In this document: in pieces, positions 25,536 through 34,767 of the stretch | How the letters are laid out: every line of letters begins with the position of its first letter | Numbering within the stretch: the stretch's first letter is position 1 | Assembly (NCBI GenBank): GCA_946639185.1 | Contig: CAMPBR010000003.1 | Span: 1 to 48,303, forward strand | DNA length: 48,303 nt | Origin: an uncultured Mycoplasmatota bacterium | GTDB lineage: Bacteria > Bacillota_I > Bacilli_A > RF39 > UBA660 | Direction of reading: 5' to 3' | Notes under the pieces: model-generated | Seen by the model: only the letters and a program-made list of their open reading frames with translations | What the model was told of the DNA's origin: nothing | The model's database searches: none | Made by a program: the position numbers and the translations under genes

Positions 25536-25564
25536 ATTTTATAATATATTTAGTATCGTGTCAA
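25536..25564 (-). promoter_or_regulatory. SigA-type promoter of the locus A operon
   Basis: On the minus strand: TTGACA (25564..25559), 17 nt, TAAAAT (25541..25536). Confidence 0.6.
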
Positions 25565-25588
25565 TTTCAGAATAAAAAAAAGAAAAAA

Positions 25589-26227
25589 CTATTTATTTTT
25601 TTCTTTTGTTACTTCAATGTAATAAATAGAATTTCCTTTTTTAGAAAATCTTTCCTCATATTCAGTCATAATATTGCCTTCAATACTACTATTATGTAAA
25701 TCTAAAGAAAAATCTTTAATAGTATAGCCATAATTACTAAATGATATAACTGAATACTCAAATAAATCTCTATTGTCAGTCTTTTGAATAATATGATTAT
25801 CACTTTTAAAAACTTTATCATATTTTTCTAAAAACACATCACTAGTTAATCTTCTCTTATACCATCTTTTTTTAGGCCATGGATCTGAAAAATTTAAATA
25901 AATAGTGTCAACTTCATGATTAAAAACTTCTTCTATTTCTAAGGCATTCATTCTTACTATTTTTAAATTTTGTAAACCATCAGGTATTTTTTGTAAACAA
26001 CGAGCAAGTATACTGTCAAATTTTTCAATCCCTATAAAATTAACATTAGGATTTTGTAAAGCTTTATTAATTATAAAATTACCTTTACCAGCACCAATTT
26101 CTATATGAATAGGATTATTATTTCTAAATAACTCATTCCATGCACCATAATACTTTTTAGGATCAGTAATTAAATAACTAGATGCATCCATAATTTCTTG
26201 TTTATTTTTTACATTTCTCAATCTCAT
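25589..26227 (-). CDS. trmB: tRNA (guanine46-N7)-methyltransferase
   Basis: IEIGAGKGNF..., FSDPWPKKRWYKRRL. The start is ATG 26227 behind AAGGTGAT. Confidence 0.9.
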   Translation of the reverse strand: MRLRNVKNKQEIMDASSYLITDPKKYYGAWNELFRNNNPIHIEIGAGKGNFIINKALQNPNVNFIGIEKFDSILARCLQKIPDGLQNLKIVRMNALEIEEVFNHEVDTIYLNFSDPWPKKRWYKRRLTSDVFLEKYDKVFKSDNHIIQKTDNRDLFEYSVISFSNYGYTIKDFSLDLHNSSIEGNIMTEYEERFSKKGNSIYYIEVTKEKNK

Positions 26228-26283
26228 AAATATCACCTTTCTTATTATACATCATATAATAAAATAAATAAAGGAGGGGTATT

Positions 26284-26496
26284 ATGCCATTTTTTACTAA
26301 TCCTATATATCCACCATTTATGAATCAAAACTATCCAAATGTTGACAGTATGCAAAACTCTAATATAACTACCTTAGAAGAAAAAATTAATAAATTAGAA
26401 AAAGAAATAAATAGTTTAAAAAATAAAATTACTAAATTAGAAAATGCTAATAACTATACGTCTAATTATAAAGCTAATAGCTATAATATGATGTAA
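26284..26496 (+). CDS. Small protein (70 aa): Pro/Asn/Tyr-rich N-terminus plus a short coiled coil
   Basis: Strong AAGGAGGGG RBS. A heptad-like LEEKINKLEKEINSLKNKITKLE segment. No family recognised. Confidence 0.45.
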   Translation: MPFFTNPIYPPFMNQNYPNVDSMQNSNITTLEEKINKLEKEINSLKNKITKLENANNYTSNYKANSYNMM

Positions 26497-26534
26497 GTTT
26501 TAAAAAAAAGTGATATAATATTAATGGTGATTAT

Positions 26535-27815
26535 ATGAAGTTTATTACAGATATAGAAAAAGATAGATATGAAGAATTTGTAAAGAATCATAAAAAGAGT
26601 CATTTCCTACAAAGCTATGCTTGGGGAGAATTTGCTCAAAAAGAAAAAAATCTAATACCACACTATGTTGGTCTAGAAGATAATGACAAACTAGTAGCAA
26701 CTGCTCTTATTCTAGAAAAAAAATTACCTTTAAACTTATCTTATTTCTATATACCTCGTGGTTATGTATTAGATTATGATAATTTAGATATATTAAAATG
26801 CTTTACTAAAAATATAAAAGATTATGCAAAAAAATATAAAGCTATATTCATTAAAATAGATCCTGATAATATTTATCACGAAGAAGATAATAATGGTAAT
26901 ATTATTAAAGATAATAATAATGAACTAGTTAAAAATTTAAAATCTCTAGGTTACAAACATCTAGGATTTACTAAAAACTTTGAAACAATGCAACCTAGAT
27001 ATACTTTTAGAATAAATATGGACAAACCTTATGAAGAAATAGAAAATAATTTTTCTAAGACTACTAAACAAAGAATCAAAAAAGCTAATGATTTAGATGT
27101 TAGTGTTAGAATTGGTAATGAAAATGATATTAATTCATTCTATAATTTAATGATTCTAACAGAAAATAGAAAAGATTTTATTACTCATAATGAACAATAT
27201 TATAAGTCTTTATATGAAATATGGAATAAAGATAATTCATGTAATATCTTTTTAGGAAGTGTTGATTTAGATAAAATAATTAATATTTTAGATAAAAAGA
27301 AAATTGAATTAGAAAGTGAATTAAACCTTCTTCCTAAAGAGGATTTATCTAAATCTCAAAAATCTAAAAAAGCAGAATTAGAAAGACAATTAGAAAAAAC
27401 TAATAGTGACATAGAAAAATATTCAAATAGTAAAAAAGAATACGGTTCTAATATCATATTATCTGCTCACTTTATAATTGAATATGGTAATACTGCTTGG
27501 GTATTATATGCTGGAAATCATAATATTTTATCTGAAACTTATACAAATTATAAAACTTATGAAGAACATATTAAGTATTATTATAATAAAGGTATTAAAA
27601 CTTATGATCAATTTGGAACTATTGGTGACTTAAGAAAAGATAATCCACTACTTGGACTTCATGAATTTAAGAAAAAGTTTGGTGGAAACTATGTTGAATT
27701 TTGTGGAGAATTCGATCTTATAACTAATAAACTTATGTATTTTATATTTACTAAACTGGTACCTATTTATAGAAATATAATTAAGAAAAATGCTAAAAAG
27801 AAAAGAGGTAAATAA
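26535..27815 (+). CDS. FemAB-family peptidoglycan interpeptide-bridge aminoacyltransferase (1 of 3)
   Basis: 426 aa. HFLQSYAWGEF, YIPRGYVLDY, a coiled-coil insertion, and ...LHEFKKKFGG typical of FemX/FemA/FemB. Confidence 0.85.
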   Translation: MKFITDIEKDRYEEFVKNHKKSHFLQSYAWGEFAQKEKNLIPHYVGLEDNDKLVATALILEKKLPLNLSYFYIPRGYVLDYDNLDILKCFTKNIKDYAKKYKAIFIKIDPDNIYHEEDNNGNIIKDNNNELVKNLKSLGYKHLGFTKNFETMQPRYTFRINMDKPYEEIENNFSKTTKQRIKKANDLDVSVRIGNENDINSFYNLMILTENRKDFITHNEQYYKSLYEIWNKDNSCNIFLGSVDLDKIINILDKKKIELESELNLLPKEDLSKSQKSKKAELERQLEKTNSDIEKYSNSKKEYGSNIILSAHFIIEYGNTAWVLYAGNHNILSETYTNYKTYEEHIKYYYNKGIKTYDQFGTIGDLRKDNPLLGLHEFKKKFGGNYVEFCGEFDLITNKLMYFIFTKLVPIYRNIIKKNAKKKRGK

Positions 27816-29113
27816 TGGAGTTTACAGAATTAACTAGTGAAGAATTTTTAAATTTTACTAAAAATCATGAACAAGTATCTTTTTACCAAACACTAAATTG
27901 GGGTAATCTTAAAAGAGAAAACGGATGGTTATCTCATTTAGTTGGAGTTAAAAAAGATGGTAGTGTTGTCGCAGCAAGTTTAATTTTATCAAAAGAAATT
28001 AAATTTGGTAAAAAAATGTTTTATGCTCCTCGTGGATTTATATTAGACTATAATGATTATGATTTATTAAAATTCTTTACTAAAAATATAAAAGAATATG
28101 CTAAAAGACGTGGCGCAATCTTTATTAAAATAGATCCATATATTTCTTATCAAGAAAGAGATTTAGAAGGAAATATCGTTCCAAATGGTAAAAACAATAA
28201 ACAAGCTTATGATAATTTAATTAAACTTGGATATAAACATTTTGGATTTAACTTAATGCAAGAAAGCTTACAACCTCGTTGGATATTTATAACTCCTTCT
28301 AAAAATACTACTGTTGAAGAAGTTATGAAAAATATGGATGCTAAAACAAGACAAATTTTAAGAAAAAATGAAAGAAATAAAATTAAAGTAAGAGAAATTG
28401 GTTATGATGAATTAAATAAATTTAAAGATATTATGGCTCATACTGGTGAAAGAAGAGAATTTATTGATAGACCTCTTTCATATTACCAAGAAATGTATAA
28501 ACATCTACACGATGATGGAATATTAAAAATATTAATTGCAGAACTTGATACAAATGAACTTATTAATGAATATCAAAATGAAATAGATAACTTAAAGAAA
28601 GAAAAAGAAGATAGAGCTAATAAATATAATCAAGATCCAGCCAAAATGAATGAGCAAAAGTATCGTGAAAAACAAGCTTTTTGTGATAAAGAAATAGAAA
28701 GAATTAATAAAACACAAAATCATATTAGAGATTTAAAATTAAAATATGGAAATGTTATTACTTTAGGTGGAATCTTATTCTTAATATATGGAAATGAAGT
28801 ATTATCATTAGTTGGAGGTTCTTATAAAGACTTTATGGAATTCCAATCTGCATATACTGTTCATTTTGCAGGATTAAAATATGCGATTGAAAATAACTAT
28901 GAAAGATATAATTTCTATGGTATAACAGGAGTATTTGATAAAGAAAACCCATTATTTGGATTATATTCATTTAAAAGAGACTTTGGTGGTAAAGTAGTAG
29001 AACTTATTGGAGAATTTGATTTAGTTATTGATAAACCTATGTATTCAATATATAAGTTAGCATTTAAAACATATAAAAAATTAAAAAATTTAAAAAATCA
29101 TATAAGAAACTAA
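27815..29113 (+). CDS. FemAB-family aminoacyltransferase (2 of 3)
   Basis: 432 aa. SFYQTLNWGNL, YAPRGFILDY, a coiled-coil arm, LYSFKRDFGG. Its start overlaps the stop of the previous fem gene. Confidence 0.85.
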   Translation: MEFTELTSEEFLNFTKNHEQVSFYQTLNWGNLKRENGWLSHLVGVKKDGSVVAASLILSKEIKFGKKMFYAPRGFILDYNDYDLLKFFTKNIKEYAKRRGAIFIKIDPYISYQERDLEGNIVPNGKNNKQAYDNLIKLGYKHFGFNLMQESLQPRWIFITPSKNTTVEEVMKNMDAKTRQILRKNERNKIKVREIGYDELNKFKDIMAHTGERREFIDRPLSYYQEMYKHLHDDGILKILIAELDTNELINEYQNEIDNLKKEKEDRANKYNQDPAKMNEQKYREKQAFCDKEIERINKTQNHIRDLKLKYGNVITLGGILFLIYGNEVLSLVGGSYKDFMEFQSAYTVHFAGLKYAIENNYERYNFYGITGVFDKENPLFGLYSFKRDFGGKVVELIGEFDLVIDKPMYSIYKLAFKTYKKLKNLKNHIRN

Positions 29114-29140
29114 AAAAGAGTGGATATTATCCACTCTTTT
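29114..29140. terminator. Bidirectional terminator between convergent fem operons
   Basis: Stem AAGAGTGGAT/ATCCACTCTT (29116..29125 / 29129..29138), flanked by an A-run and a T-run. Confidence 0.8.
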
Positions 29141-29143
29141 ATT

Positions 29144-29647
29144 TTATCTAATTGTAAAAAATATAATTGCACTAATTGCTAAGATAATCATACTAGCTAC
29201 TACTGTAGTTAAAAAGAATAAATCACTTGTACCTTTATTCATCATATTAAGTAAGTTTATCTTAAACATATCTTTATCTTTATTTTGCTTAGATACCATT
29301 ACACCTTTGTAAGCAGTAAGTTCAGATCTATGCCCTTCTTCCAATATATCTTCAGGAGTTATATTAGTTAAAAGTATAACTTTTTTATCTAAATAAACAG
29401 TATAGTGAAGAGTAATAGTACCATGAACTTTTTCAAACATCTTATCAGTAGGAAGTGGAAGCTCATACATAATACTACCATCTTTATTTTCACCCACTGC
29501 TTTACCTAAAAACTCACCAGTTTTTAGTTTAGGATAGTATTTGAAAGTCATTTCTTTGTATGCAAGCATATTATATTTTCTGACAGTTCTTTCTTTTACT
29601 CGGAAATCATTTTCATTTAAATATTCAAAAACAAAACTATCCTTCAT
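29144..29647 (-). CDS. Hypothetical C-terminally TM-anchored protein coupled to the third fem gene
   Basis: 167 aa. Soluble N-terminal ~135 aa and a C-terminal hydrophobic helix LFFLTTVVASMIILAISAIIFFTI. Its start lies 2 nt after the fem stop. Confidence 0.55.
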   Translation of the reverse strand: MKDSFVFEYLNENDFRVKERTVRKYNMLAYKEMTFKYYPKLKTGEFLGKAVGENKDGSIMYELPLPTDKMFEKVHGTITLHYTVYLDKKVILLTNITPEDILEEGHRSELTAYKGVMVSKQNKDKDMFKINLLNMMNKGTSDLFFLTTVVASMIILAISAIIFFTIR

Positions 29648-29649
29648 AG

Positions 29650-30906
29650 TTACCTCCCTATAATATTTTTTACCCTCTTTAGTAATCTATATACATTATA
29701 AAACAAACTTACCTTTAAGTCAAACTCTCCAATGTATTCTATTACATTTCCATTAAATCCTTTTTTAAATTCATATATTCCATAATATTTACCTTTAGGA
29801 TTAAAATCTCCAGTAATACCATAGAAATTACAGTATTTAAAACCTTCCTTATATGCTTCTTTTATATGATGTTCATACATTAAATACTTAGGTGTAAATT
29901 CTTTATAATCAGCTAAAATCCCACTAGATAAAGTTAAATATTCACATCCGCTTCTTAAAGATAATAAACATCCAATATCTCTTCCGTTAGGATACTCTTC
30001 TTTAAATTTAGTTGCTTTTTCTAATTCTTTTTCATATTTAGCTATTTGTTTTAAAGCAATTTCTTTATCGTTGATTAATTTAGCACCAACCATATTATTC
30101 TGCATTTTTTCTTCTACTTGATTAAGTTTACTCTTAGCTTCACTTAATAAACCCAAAGTATGCTCATAATAAATATCAGGATTTAAATAAGCAATATAAA
30201 TAGTCATTAAATTACTCATATTTTTATACATTTGTTGATAATATTCTAAAGTTCTAGAAAAGAAATCTTTTCTCCTTGAAGTAATTTCAAATATCTCGGT
30301 CATAGTAGCTAAATCATCAATAGTACCCTCTCTTACCATTAAGCCTTTTTTAATACAAGACTCAATATTCTTTCTAGTACTTTTGGAAAACTTCTTTTTC
30401 TTTTCTTCATATTCTTCATCAAGTTCTAATAAATAACACCATCTAGCTTGTTTAGTATCTAAATATAAATTAAATCCATGATGATTATATCCTAATTTTT
30501 TTAAATTATTAATTGCTTCATCATTTTGCCCATTTTCTGGAATAATATCTCCATCACTACTTCTCTTGCGATATATAACATTAGGATCAATAGTTAACAT
30601 AAAACCTTTATGTTTTTTAATATATTTTTTTACTTCATCAGTAAAAAATTTTAATAAATCATAATTATTATAATCAACTATTAAACCACGTGGAGCATAA
30701 AACATTTTTTTATTAAATATTGTTCTATCCTCTAATAATAATGATCCCGCAATTATCTTATCATTTTCTAAGACACCAACATAGTGTTTAATACTACCAC
30801 GTTCTTCTTTTAAATGAGCAAGTTCTGGAGTTTGCATAAAAGAAGAAGAAGGATTATCTTTAATAAATTTTCTAAATTCTTCTTCTGTTAATTCTCTAAA
30901 TTCCAA
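29650..30906 (-). CDS. FemAB-family aminoacyltransferase (3 of 3)
   Basis: SFMQTPELAHL, YAPRGLIVDY, a coiled-coil arm, IYEFKKGFNG. I prefer TTG 30906 as the start (GAGGTGA RBS), which gives M-EFRELTEEEF, parallel to MEFTELTSEEF in paralog 2. Confidence 0.85.
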   Translation of the reverse strand: MEFRELTEEEFRKFIKDNPSSSFMQTPELAHLKEERGSIKHYVGVLENDKIIAGSLLLEDRTIFNKKMFYAPRGLIVDYNNYDLLKFFTDEVKKYIKKHKGFMLTIDPNVIYRKRSSDGDIIPENGQNDEAINNLKKLGYNHHGFNLYLDTKQARWCYLLELDEEYEEKKKKFSKSTRKNIESCIKKGLMVREGTIDDLATMTEIFEITSRRKDFFSRTLEYYQQMYKNMSNLMTIYIAYLNPDIYYEHTLGLLSEAKSKLNQVEEKMQNNMVGAKLINDKEIALKQIAKYEKELEKATKFKEEYPNGRDIGCLLSLRSGCEYLTLSSGILADYKEFTPKYLMYEHHIKEAYKEGFKYCNFYGITGDFNPKGKYYGIYEFKKGFNGNVIEYIGEFDLKVSLFYNVYRLLKRVKNIIGR

Positions 30907-30925
30907 GATAATCACCTCATCTTTC

Positions 30926-32560
30926 TTATTTTTTCTTTAATTTACCAACTATTTTATTAACATAGTTTGTACCAAATATATTATACACTAGTTTAGTCTT
31001 AAACATAAGAGTAAAATATACAAATAAACCAATAATAGTATATAAAATAATATATAAAATGTTGAATAATCTATTAGTTGACGTAAATGGAATAAAGTAT
31101 CTAACACTAACTAATACTAATACCATAGCTAAAGTTATTAAAATTATATTAATAACTTTCTTTAAAGTATCTTCATAACTAATATTATATTTTTTATGAA
31201 TAAATCTTAAAGCTAAATAACTACATACTCCATAACCTAAAATAGTTGAAGTTGTAGAGCCATAATAAGCTGGTGCCTTCATAGCATTAAACGCATATAA
31301 TAATGGAATATTAAATAATGCATTTGTAAGTAAACCAGAAAGTAAGCATATAAATACTTGTTTATATTCTTTTAATAATTGTAAAATTGTAACACTTGCT
31401 GTAAATAATGTTGTAGCAAGTGCAACAAATACATAATATTTATATACACTTGGTCCAAACTTTGATACACCATAAAATATTGTCCATACTGGTTTAGCTA
31501 AGATTGATAATCCAAAAGTCATTGGTATAGTAAAAAATAGCATCCATTGTAAAGTTTGATTTATTTTTAAACTTACATCTTCCATATCTTTCTTAACAAA
31601 ACTAGCTGTTAAGTTTGGAATTAAACTTACCATTAAACCAGTAGCAACACTAGCTATAATCATATTAATCTTTTGTCCCCAAGTTGATATAACACTCATA
31701 ATAGCTTCTGCTTCTTTAGCCGTATATCCTAATCCATTAACAAGTACCTTTACTAGCATAAAGACATCTACTGAATTAATTAATGATTTAAAAACATCAA
31801 TCATAACAAATGGGAATGCATAAATTATAATTTTTCTAATTATTTCTTGATCAGTTATCTTAGGTTGAACTACCTTTAAAGTTTCTTTTTCTAATTCTTT
31901 ACTATTCTTTTTAACTTTAATAAATAAATAAAAATATGCAGATAATGCTCCAATAGTAGCAGCAAATACAGCTACACCAACAGCACTAGTTAAACTTAAT
32001 TTAAATACTTTTAACATTAAGAAACTTCCACCAACAATAATAGAAACTCTAACTATTTGTTCTAAAACTTGGCTTATAGATGTTGGAGTTATATACTTAT
32101 GTCCTTGTAAATATCCTCGATATATACTTAAAAATGGTACAACTAAAACAGCAGTTGATATAACTCTAATTACAAAAGTAACATCTGAAACTGTATTACC
32201 ACCTTTAATATCACCTATTATTATTAAAGCAAGTGGTTTAGCAAAAATAAACATAATTACAAAAGATATAACACCTAGCATAGCAAGTACTTTTTTTCCT
32301 AATTTAAAAGTACGTCTTTTAGCCTCATAATATCCTAATACATTATATTCACTAACAATCTTACTAATAGCAAGTGGAATACCAGCTTGACTTATACCTA
32401 AAAAGATTGAATATATCGAATAACCATAACCATATAGTGCTCCACCTTGTTCTCCTATAATTGCATAAAATGGAATAACATAAACAATTCCTAATATCTT
32501 ACTAAGAACAATACCTAAAGTCGCAATAAAAGCACCTTGCATAAAGGAATTTTTCTTCAT
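30926..32560 (-). CDS. murJ: MOP-superfamily flippase, MurJ/YtgP/SpoVB-like
   Basis: 544 aa and about 14 TM helices. The N-terminus GAFIATLGIVLSKILGIVYVIPF... is typical of Gram-positive YtgP-type lipid II flippases. It lies directly upstream of a fem gene. Confidence 0.7.
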   Translation of the reverse strand: MKKNSFMQGAFIATLGIVLSKILGIVYVIPFYAIIGEQGGALYGYGYSIYSIFLGISQAGIPLAISKIVSEYNVLGYYEAKRRTFKLGKKVLAMLGVISFVIMFIFAKPLALIIIGDIKGGNTVSDVTFVIRVISTAVLVVPFLSIYRGYLQGHKYITPTSISQVLEQIVRVSIIVGGSFLMLKVFKLSLTSAVGVAVFAATIGALSAYFYLFIKVKKNSKELEKETLKVVQPKITDQEIIRKIIIYAFPFVMIDVFKSLINSVDVFMLVKVLVNGLGYTAKEAEAIMSVISTWGQKINMIIASVATGLMVSLIPNLTASFVKKDMEDVSLKINQTLQWMLFFTIPMTFGLSILAKPVWTIFYGVSKFGPSVYKYYVFVALATTLFTASVTILQLLKEYKQVFICLLSGLLTNALFNIPLLYAFNAMKAPAYYGSTTSTILGYGVCSYLALRFIHKKYNISYEDTLKKVINIILITLAMVLVLVSVRYFIPFTSTNRLFNILYIILYTIIGLFVYFTLMFKTKLVYNIFGTNYVNKIVGKLKKK

Positions 32561-32638
32561 ATTACTCGCTCCTTCTATCTAATATTTTAACATATTTTTA
32601 GATATTTTAATATAAAAAGAAAAAGAACTTGACGTTCT

Positions 32639-33556
32639 TTACTTATAAATAGTATTATTATTAAATTTATCTACAATCTCTAATGCTTCACTAGTTAAAC
32701 TTCTAAGTTTATTAATTTTACTTTTTCTAAACCAAATACTATTAGAAAGTTTAATATTTAAATCTAATATTTTTGATAATAATTTTGATAATTTTTGAAA
32801 TGAATTAACTTCACCTGTAATAGTATCAAACCAATTATTTAAATCTTCTATATATCCATCAAATCTTAATTTTTCAAAAGTAGACATAAATGTTTTGTTT
32901 TCAACTAACTTTTTACATACAATAGATTCAAGTAAATAACTATTAGATTTATATCCAGATTGAACACTATGATTAATAGAATATAAAGTATTATTAACTA
33001 CTGTATTATTTATTTTATAATTATTAAAATCTTTAATTATATCAATAATAGATTCTGTTTGTTTTGTATTAATAACTTCTTCTAGGGTTATTTCATCTGT
33101 TTTTTTAATAAAATTTAAATTCTTATCAAATATATTATGACTAATACCAGTTCTAACTCTAACAAATTCATCTTCTATAAGTTCATAATTAATAGAATTA
33201 ACTGCATGATTATATTCATGAACTAAATTATCTAAAAGACCCATTAAAGTAGTATCATCATAATTACGAAGTACTATTCCTTTATTAAAAACAATTTTAT
33301 GTTCACTATTATATTCTGGAACACTAAAATAATAAGCTTGATACATCTTATCAAATTTTTTATCTATTCTAATTGGTGTTTCCATAAAACATTTTTCTAT
33401 TATACTTTTATTATTTACTCCATATTTAATAATAAAAGCTGGAATTATTAAATATAATAAATGTGTTATATTATCTGGATAACGATATTTAAAAGCTAAT
33501 TTATCACTATATTCTATAGCATCTTCCATTAATAAATTTAAATATTCACTATTCAT
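32639..33556 (-). CDS. Hypothetical HExxH metallopeptidase-like protein coupled to dinB
   Basis: 305 aa. LVHEYNHAV provides an HExxH motif. Its start lies 4 nt after the dinB stop. No family recognised. Confidence 0.5.
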   Translation of the reverse strand: MNSEYLNLLMEDAIEYSDKLAFKYRYPDNITHLLYLIIPAFIIKYGVNNKSIIEKCFMETPIRIDKKFDKMYQAYYFSVPEYNSEHKIVFNKGIVLRNYDDTTLMGLLDNLVHEYNHAVNSINYELIEDEFVRVRTGISHNIFDKNLNFIKKTDEITLEEVINTKQTESIIDIIKDFNNYKINNTVVNNTLYSINHSVQSGYKSNSYLLESIVCKKLVENKTFMSTFEKLRFDGYIEDLNNWFDTITGEVNSFQKLSKLLSKILDLNIKLSNSIWFRKSKINKLRSLTSEALEIVDKFNNNTIYK

Positions 33557-33560
33557 ATTA

Positions 33561-34754
33561 TCACTTATCCTTTTCTTTTAGTGATGCTGGAATTATTATG
33601 TTATCTCCATATTTATTACTTATATTATCTAACACTTCTTGAATTTTGTCATTACCCTCATCTTTTTTATCATCAAATAAAGATAATTGTTTATTATTAT
33701 CCATAGTCAAATTATCAAGTCTTATTCCAATTAATCTAATAGGTTCTTTTTTCCAACCTTTTTCTAATACGCTACATGCATACTTATATATTTCTTTAGT
33801 AACATTAGTTGGATTAACTAATTTCATTTGATGTGAATAACTAACAAAATCACTAGTCTTAAAAATAACAGCAATCGTCTTAGCATATAATTTCTGACTT
33901 CTTGCTTGTCTTCCAACACGATTAGCTTGTCCCAATAATACTTTTCGTAAATCAACTATATTATCAACGTCTTTTGGTAATGTTTCTGTAGTAGAAATAC
34001 TTTTATTCTTACTTATACGTGGCATTACTTCACTAAAATCAATTCCATTAGCATATTCATGCATAAAATCTGCTTGATTCTTAAAATGCTTTCTTAATAG
34101 ATTTAAATCATATTTAGCTAAATCTCCAATAGTATTAATACCCATTTCTGTTAAAGCTTTAGCTGAAGATTTTCCAACCATAAATAAATCTCCAACAGGA
34201 AGTGGCCACATCTTCTTTTCAATCTCATATGAAAATAAAGTATGAACTTTATTAGGCTTTTCAAAATCACTAGCCATCTTAGCACATAATTTATTATTAC
34301 CTATTCCTACATTAACAGTATATCCAAATTTTTCATATATCTCATCTTTCATATGATGAGCAAGTTTTATAGGATCAGGATATAAAAGTTCAGTCCCTGT
34401 CATATCTAAAAAACATTCATCTACTGAATATCTTTCAATCTTATCAGTAAATAAACAAAAATATTTATATAATTCATTCGAATTATGATGATATAAATAA
34501 TAATCTCCTGGAAATACTTTTAAATTAGGGCATTTCTTTCTAGCTGTATATAAACTTTCAGCAGTAACAATTCCCATCTTCTTAGCAACAGGACTTTTAG
34601 CTGTAACAATACCACGTCTAGCATCCTCATCTCCGCCAATAACAGCTGGAATAGTTCTTATATCAATTGGATAACCCTTTTTTAATAAATCAACTGCAGT
34701 CCATGACAAAAAGGCATTATTAACATCTATATGAAATATAAGTCTTTCCATCAT
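33561..34754 (-). CDS. dinB: DNA polymerase IV (DinB/PolY1-like)
   Basis: IFHIDVNNAFLSW, SVDECFLDMT, and a little-finger domain. The start is ATG 34754 behind a GAAGGAG RBS. Confidence 0.9.
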   Translation of the reverse strand: MMERLIFHIDVNNAFLSWTAVDLLKKGYPIDIRTIPAVIGGDEDARRGIVTAKSPVAKKMGIVTAESLYTARKKCPNLKVFPGDYYLYHHNSNELYKYFCLFTDKIERYSVDECFLDMTGTELLYPDPIKLAHHMKDEIYEKFGYTVNVGIGNNKLCAKMASDFEKPNKVHTLFSYEIEKKMWPLPVGDLFMVGKSSAKALTEMGINTIGDLAKYDLNLLRKHFKNQADFMHEYANGIDFSEVMPRISKNKSISTTETLPKDVDNIVDLRKVLLGQANRVGRQARSQKLYAKTIAVIFKTSDFVSYSHQMKLVNPTNVTKEIYKYACSVLEKGWKKEPIRLIGIRLDNLTMDNNKQLSLFDDKKDEGNDKIQEVLDNISNKYGDNIIIPASLKEKDK

Positions 34755-34767
34755 AACCACTCCTTCA

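Noticed and set aside
32623-32638. Possible LexA box, GAAC-TTGAC-GTTC, downstream of the HExxH gene
   Set aside because: The spacing is N5, not N4. The sequence lies 3' of the gene and forms the stem of its terminator hairpin.
33646-33831. 61-aa plus-strand ORF inside dinB
   Set aside because: It is antisense to dinB.
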